A DNA stretch of 22,757 nucleotides from Candidatus Methylomirabilia bacterium (GTDB taxonomy: Bacteria > Methylomirabilota > Methylomirabilia > Rokubacteriales > CSP1-6), in NCBI GenBank assembly GCA_041497895.1, contig JBGQHJ010000079.1, positions 1 to 22,757 on the forward strand, read 5' to 3'. The position numbers and the translations under genes were made by a program. A model generated the notes under the pieces. It searched no databases, was not told the origin of the DNA, and saw only the letters and a list, made by a program, of their open reading frames with translations. Below are positions 17,806-22,757 of the stretch, piece by piece (the first letter of the stretch is position 1; every line of letters begins with the position of its first letter).

Positions 17806-19854
17806 TCACGGAGCCGCCGGCTCGGGCGCGCGGAGGACTCCCGAGTGCACCGCGCGCACCTCGACGAGCCCCGTGTCGCCGCGCGAGAGCATGGCCAGGG
17901 CCCCCGGGGAGATCTCGGCGCGCCCGCCGTTGCCCGGCAGGAGCGCGGTGACCCAGGCGCGCAGCGGGGCGCCGCGCGGGTTGACCAGCTCCACGATGCT
18001 CCCCGGGCCGACCCCGAGCCGGCCGGCGGTCTCGGTGTCGAGCCGCACGAGGCGCCCGCGCTCCGCGTCGAGATCGCCGACCGGCGTCAGCCGCACGCGT
18101 GATCGGGCCGCGCGCAGGGTCTCGCGCCGGGCGCGGGTGGCGGCCTCGTCCACCTGGCCGGCGCGGCACACCACGCCGTAGTCGCGCTGGGCGCCGGCGG
18201 GGGTCACGTAGCCCTCGGCCAGGTCGGCGGCCACCCGCGCCGGATCGCGCTCGAGCGGATCGCCGAAGCCGCCGCCACCCGAGCTCTCCATCAGGACGAC
18301 GTCGCCGGGCTCGATCGGGAAGCCGCCGACCTTGCCCGGCAGCGGCGAGGGCTGGATCGGCCGGTCGCCGCGGCGGACCCAGAAGCGGTTGGTCGCGCCG
18401 GCGGCGCCGCCGCAGACCCCGAAGGGCGGCAGCACCGCCTTCTCGGCCAGCACCGAGAGGCGGCTCGACGGGACCAGCACGCGGACCTCGCGGGTGAGGC
18501 CCAGGCCGCCGCGCCAGCGGCCGGGCCCGCCCGAATCTTCGCGGAGGCGGGTGGACTCGATGCGCACCGGGTAGAGCTGCTCGACCGCCTCGATGGGCTG
18601 GAGGGTGGTCATGTCGCTCTCGGTCCACGTGCGGACCGTGTTGCTGCCGTCGCCGCCGTCGAAGCCGCCGGTGCCGCCGGCGGGGTACTCGTAGAAGATG
18701 AAGGTCTCGCCGGTGCGCGGGTCGGGCCCGCCCACGTAGCAGTGATTGCCGCCGCCCTTGAGATCGCCGGCCACCCGGCCGTCGAGCGCCTGGGCCAGCG
18801 CGCCCATCACCGCGGTCTCCACGCAGTACTTCACCTCCACCATGCCCCCGCAGGGCGCGGGCGGATCCGCGTTCACCACGGTGCCGCGCGGGGTGATCAC
18901 GGTGAGCGGTCGGAACGCGCCCGAGTTGACGTCGGTGCCGGGGTCGAGGAAGGACTTGATGATGGTGAACGCGCCGGTCGGCGCCATCGCGGGGCCCACG
19001 TTGGTGGGAGCGGCGGCCTGGGGCGAGGTGCCGGTGAGGTCCACGGTGATGGTCTCGCCCTGGACGGTCACGCGGGCCCGGATGCTGAGCGGCTCGAGCC
19101 GGACGCGACCGCTCTCGAGGTGCGACTCGTACGAGTACTCGCCGTCGGGGAGGGCGCCGATCGCGCGGCGCATGCGCTGCTCGGCGCGGTCCATCAGCTC
19201 GACCACCGCGGCGCGGACCACCCGGGCCCCGTACCGGGCGGCCAGCGCCTCCACGCGCTCGGCCGCCTTGCGGCAGGTGCCGATCATCGCGTCGAAGTCG
19301 CCCATGCGCTCGCGCGTGCCGCGCATGTTGGCGAAGATCAGGTCGAGGGCGGCCTGGTTCGGGCTCCCGCGGTCCACGATCCGGATGGGCGGGATGCGCA
19401 CGCCCTCCTGGAAGATCTCGGTGGCCTCCCCGGTGAGGCTGCCCGGGCTCATGCCGCCCACGTCGCCCCAGTGCGCGCGCACGACCGGGAACACGAAGAG
19501 CGGGCCGTCCGCGAACAGCGGGTAGATCATGGCGACGTCGTTGAGGTGGGTGCCGCCGGTGTAGGGGTCGTTGTGCAGGAAGATGTCGCCGGGGTGGATG
19601 TCGTCGCCGAACTTCTCCCGCACCGCCCGCATCGACCAGCTGATCGGCACGATGTGCAGGGGGTGGTCCTGTCCCTTGGACATCGAGACGATCTGGGCGT
19701 CGCCGTCCATCAGCACGCAGGAGAAGTCCTCGCCCTCGTAGAGGACGGAGGAGTACGCGGTCCGCACGAGGGTCACGCGCATCTCGCGCACGATCGACGA
19801 GAACGTCTCGCGCAGGACCTCGAGCGTGATCGGATCCACCGCGATCGCGCTCAC
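17806..19854 (-). CDS. Hydantoinase B/5-oxoprolinase family subunit with a C-terminal extension of about 97 aa
   Basis: DPITLEV, RTAYS, NDPYTGGTHLND, HWGDVGGMSPGS, EIFQEG, DSGGPGRWRGGLG, GGGGFGDPLERDP. GTG start at 19854 overlaps the upstream stop. Confidence 0.93.
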   Translation of the reverse strand: MSAIAVDPITLEVLRETFSSIVREMRVTLVRTAYSSVLYEGEDFSCVLMDGDAQIVSMSKGQDHPLHIVPISWSMRAVREKFGDDIHPGDIFLHNDPYTGGTHLNDVAMIYPLFADGPLFVFPVVRAHWGDVGGMSPGSLTGEATEIFQEGVRIPPIRIVDRGSPNQAALDLIFANMRGTRERMGDFDAMIGTCRKAAERVEALAARYGARVVRAAVVELMDRAEQRMRRAIGALPDGEYSYESHLESGRVRLEPLSIRARVTVQGETITVDLTGTSPQAAAPTNVGPAMAPTGAFTIIKSFLDPGTDVNSGAFRPLTVITPRGTVVNADPPAPCGGMVEVKYCVETAVMGALAQALDGRVAGDLKGGGNHCYVGGPDPRTGETFIFYEYPAGGTGGFDGGDGSNTVRTWTESDMTTLQPIEAVEQLYPVRIESTRLREDSGGPGRWRGGLGLTREVRVLVPSSRLSVLAEKAVLPPFGVCGGAAGATNRFWVRRGDRPIQPSPLPGKVGGFPIEPGDVVLMESSGGGGFGDPLERDPARVAADLAEGYVTPAGAQRDYGVVCRAGQVDEAATRARRETLRAARSRVRLTPVGDLDAERGRLVRLDTETAGRLGVGPGSIVELVNPRGAPLRAWVTALLPGNGGRAEISPGALAMLSRGDTGLVEVRAVHSGVLRAPEPAAP

Positions 19855-21905
19855 GCGCGGCGCTCCCGCTCGAAGCGGAGGTTGCCGTGGGCGTCCAGGC
19901 GGCCCCGCCAGCCGGGCGGCGCCACGGTGGTCGCGCCGAACTCCTCCACGATGGCCGGGCCCTGCAGCTCGATGCCCTGGGGCAGCCGGTCGCGGTCCCA
20001 CACCGGGCAGTCGTGGGCGCGGCCCTCGAACCACACCGGCCGCCGCTCCACCAGGGCGGCCTCGCGGCTTGCGCCGGCGGCGGCGTGGCGCTCCGGGGCC
20101 GGCTTCGGCACGAGCCCGTAGGCGGTGAGCCGCACGTTGACCAGCTCGACGGTGGCCTGCGGGTTCGAGTGCCCGTAGACCTCTCGATGGTGGCGATGGA
20201 AGTCCGCCTCGATCTGCTCGACGGGCGGCAGGGCCCCGTCGCTGGGCGGCGCGCCGAGCCCGAGGTTGAGCTCGAAGGCCTGCCCCCGGTAGCGCAGGTC
20301 GAGCGAGCGGAGCAGCTTCTGCTGCTCGGGCGCGAAGCCCTCGCGGTCGAGCTGCAGCCGGGCCGCGGCCTCCATCTCGGCGAAGGCGTCGCGCAGCGCG
20401 GGGAGGCGCTCGCGCAGGGGGCCCACGCGGGTGCGGACGTCGTCGTGCTTGATGTCGGCGGCGAGCAGGCCGAGCGCGGAGAAGTTGCCCGGGTGGCGCG
20501 GGACGAGCACCCGGGGGATGCCGATCTCGTCGGCCATCGCCAGGGCGTGCATGGGTCCGGCTCCGCCGAAGGCGATCAGGGTGAAGTCGCGCGGGTCGTG
20601 GCCGCGCTGGATCGAGATCTCGCGGATGGCCGAGGTCATCCGGGCCACCGCGATGGTCACGATGCCCTCCGCGAGGGTCTCCACCCCGAGGGAGCGCTCC
20701 ATGCGCGCGGCCAGCGCGGCCACCGCGGCCCGCGCCCGCTCCGCGTCGATCGCGATGCTGCCGCCGAGGCGCCGGCGGGTGCCGATGCGGCCCAGCACCA
20801 CGTTGGCGTCGGTCACCGTGGGCTCGGTGCCGCCCAGCCCGTAGGCGGCGGGGCCGGGGGAGGCGCCCGCGCTGCGCGGGCCGACGGCGAGGCTGCCGTC
20901 CACGTCGAGCCACGCGATCGACCCGCCGCCCGCGCCGACGGTGTGCATGTCGATCTGCGAGACCTTGACCGGGAACGCGCCCACCATCGCGTCCGCGGTC
21001 ATGAGCGGCTGCAGGTTCCGCACCAGGCACACGTCGGTGGAGGTGCCGCCCATGTCGTAGGTGATGAAGTCGGGGATGCCCGCGGCCGCGCCCACGAAGC
21101 ACGCCTGGCTGACCCCGCCCGCGGGCCCCGAGAAGATGGTCTTGATCGGCAGGCGCCGCGCGGTGTCGGTGGTCATCATGCCACCGCTCGAGGCCACCGT
21201 GAGCACGCCGTGGACGTAGCCGGTGGCGAGCAGGCGCTCCTCGAGCGAGGTGAGGTAGCCCTCCATCAGCGGCTGGAGGTAGGCGTTCAGCACGGTGGTG
21301 GAGAAGCGCTCGAACTCGCGGTACTCCGCCACCACGTCCGCCGAGCAGGAGACGGGCAGGCCGGGGGCCCGGCCCTTGACCGCGTCGGCCACCGCGTGCT
21401 CGTGCGCGGGGTTGAGGTAGGCGTGCAGCAGGCAGACCGCCACCGCCTCCGCGGGCGCGGCCAGGGCCGCGTCGAGCGCGCGCTCGATCGAAGCGGGGTC
21501 GAGTGGCACCAGCACCACGCCGTCCGGGCCGAGGCGCTCGGTCACCTCGAAGCGGTCCTTGCGCTCGACCACCGGCTTGGGACGCACGAAGGTCGGGATG
21601 AAGAGGGCGGGAATGTTCCGCTTGGTGCGGCCGATCTCGATCAGGTCGCGGAACCCGGCGGTGGTCAGCAGCGCCACCCGCGCCCCGCGCCGCTCGAGCA
21701 CCGCGTTGGTGCCCACCGTGGTGCCGTGCACGAGGCGCCGCACGTCGGCGCTCGCGATGGTGAGCGCCTCGAGGCCGGCCAGGACCGCGGCGGCCTCGTT
21801 GCGGGGCCGCGAGGGCACCTTGGTCACGACCACGCGCCCGGTCTCCACGTCCACCGCGGTGAGATCGGTGAAGGTGCCGCCCACGTCGATGCCGACGATG
21901 TACAC
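19851..21905 (-). CDS. Hydantoinase A/5-oxoprolinase family subunit (ATP-binding)
   Basis: GIDVGGTFTD, HGTTVGTNA, EFERFSTTVLNAY, SGPAGG, DMGGTSTD, GAGGGS, PTVTDAN, FGGAGPMH. GTG start at 21905. Confidence 0.94.
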   Translation of the reverse strand: MYIVGIDVGGTFTDLTAVDVETGRVVVTKVPSRPRNEAAAVLAGLEALTIASADVRRLVHGTTVGTNAVLERRGARVALLTTAGFRDLIEIGRTKRNIPALFIPTFVRPKPVVERKDRFEVTERLGPDGVVLVPLDPASIERALDAALAAPAEAVAVCLLHAYLNPAHEHAVADAVKGRAPGLPVSCSADVVAEYREFERFSTTVLNAYLQPLMEGYLTSLEERLLATGYVHGVLTVASSGGMMTTDTARRLPIKTIFSGPAGGVSQACFVGAAAGIPDFITYDMGGTSTDVCLVRNLQPLMTADAMVGAFPVKVSQIDMHTVGAGGGSIAWLDVDGSLAVGPRSAGASPGPAAYGLGGTEPTVTDANVVLGRIGTRRRLGGSIAIDAERARAAVAALAARMERSLGVETLAEGIVTIAVARMTSAIREISIQRGHDPRDFTLIAFGGAGPMHALAMADEIGIPRVLVPRHPGNFSALGLLAADIKHDDVRTRVGPLRERLPALRDAFAEMEAAARLQLDREGFAPEQQKLLRSLDLRYRGQAFELNLGLGAPPSDGALPPVEQIEADFHRHHREVYGHSNPQATVELVNVRLTAYGLVPKPAPERHAAAGASREAALVERRPVWFEGRAHDCPVWDRDRLPQGIELQGPAIVEEFGATTVAPPGWRGRLDAHGNLRFERERRA

Positions 21906-21907
21906 GG

Positions 21908-22757
21908 CTAGAGCCCCGCCTGGTCGAGCACGAGCTGCGCGGCGGTCACCAGCGAGGGGGCGCGGTCCGCGATGTGGGCCATCCGCGGGTCGGTCGACTC
22001 GCCGCGCACCCAGCGGCGGTGGAGCTGCACCACGACCACCACCGTCTTCCAGAGCGCGAAGGCCTCCCACCAGCGGGCCGCCGCCGGATCGGTGCCGGTG
22101 AGGCGCGCGTAGCGCGCGGTGATCTCGGCGCGCGCGGGCAGGCCCATGCGGGCCAGGCCGGGGCGCGTGCCGCGCTCGGTGGCGGCGGTGTCGGTGGCGT
22201 CGGGCCAGTAGTTCAGCAGGGTGCCGAGGTCCACGAGGGGATCGCCCAGGGTGGTCATGTCCCAGTCGAAGATGGCGCTCACGCGGTCGGGGTACTCCGG
22301 GGCGAACTGGCAGTTGTCGAGCTTGAGGTCGTTGTGGACGATCGAGGCCCGGCCGGGCGCCGGCTTGCCGCGCGCGAGCCGCTCGTGGATGCGCTCCATG
22401 GTGTGGTCGGCGCCCTCGGGGCGGGCGAGCGCCCAGCGCTTGGCCCAGCCGTCGAGCTGGCGATCGACGAAGCCGTCGGGGCGCCCCAGGTCGCCGAGCC
22501 CGCACGCCGCCGGATCGAGGGCGTGCAGCTCGGCCATCGCCTCGACCAGGGCGAAGGCGACGCGGCGTCCGACGTCCGGATGCGCGCGGAGGGCCGGCGG
22601 CATGCTGTCGCGGATCACCTCGCCCCGGCGCCGCTCCATGACGAAGAAGTCGGCGCCCAGCACCGCGCGGTCGTCGCAGAAGAGGTAGCCGCGGGGCGCG
22701 CGGTCGAAGTGGCGCCAGAGCCGCGAGAGCACCCGGAACTCGCGCTTCATGTCGTGC
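21908..22757 (-). CDS. APH-like phosphotransferase family protein (resembles the ACAD10/11 kinase-like domain), 5' end outside the window
   Basis: HDMKREFRVL, FFVMERRRG, IVHNDLKLDN, IFDWDMTTLGDPLVDLG. The frame is open to the window edge, so the ORF-track Met at 22750 is probably internal. Confidence 0.88.
   Translation of the reverse strand, partial: HDMKREFRVLSRLWRHFDRAPRGYLFCDDRAVLGADFFVMERRRGEVIRDSMPPALRAHPDVGRRVAFALVEAMAELHALDPAACGLGDLGRPDGFVDRQLDGWAKRWALARPEGADHTMERIHERLARGKPAPGRASIVHNDLKLDNCQFAPEYPDRVSAIFDWDMTTLGDPLVDLGTLLNYWPDATDTAATERGTRPGLARMGLPARAEITARYARLTGTDPAAARWWEAFALWKTVVVVVQLHRRWVRGESTDPRMAHIADRAPSLVTAAQLVLDQAGL

Noticed and set aside
8239..18099. Functional link between bpa and the Cdc48-N-like extension as one proteostasis system
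   Set aside because: They are about 9 kb apart in separate transcription units and no AAA ATPase domain is present, so nothing in the sequence connects them.
8813..22505. Apparent long N-terminal extensions or fusions in the track ORFs for rhodanese, LivG, LivM, the NTF2-like protein and hydantoinase A and B
   Set aside because: The extensions are alternative-frame read-through over the neighbouring gene. The real starts sit at ATGA/GTGA overlaps, directly after the upstream stop, or after clear RBSs.

Overview
Very GC-rich (visually about 70%) bacterial chromosomal segment that is densely coding and mostly on the minus strand. I see no rRNA, tRNA, CRISPR array, transposase or integrase. In window order it holds: a partial amidohydrolase, PEP carboxylase (ppc, probably with a CTG start), a transglutaminase-like/AraC-GyrI pair, an amidohydrolase / 50-aa basic microprotein / ankyrin operon, a 57-aa CxxC-H-H microprotein, a bacterial proteasome activator (Bpa/PafE, C-terminal GQYL), a Liv-type ABC transporter operon ending in a rhodanese, a D-2-hydroxyacid dehydrogenase, a secreted NTF2-like protein divergent from a SARP/BTAD-alpha/beta-hydrolase fusion, and a phosphotransferase-hydantoinase/oxoprolinase A-B operon. 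The most notable points are an orphan bpa, a Cdc48-N-like double-psi beta-barrel extension on the hydantoinase B subunit, a microprotein missed by the ORF track that looks like a stand-alone AP2/integrase-arm DNA-binding domain, four apparently leaderless or near-leaderless genes, and two related REP-like palindromes, one with a tandemly amplified arm. Gene content resembles high-GC soil lineages such as Ca. Rokubacteria, but that is an unverified impression. All family calls come from motif recognition by eye, not database searches.
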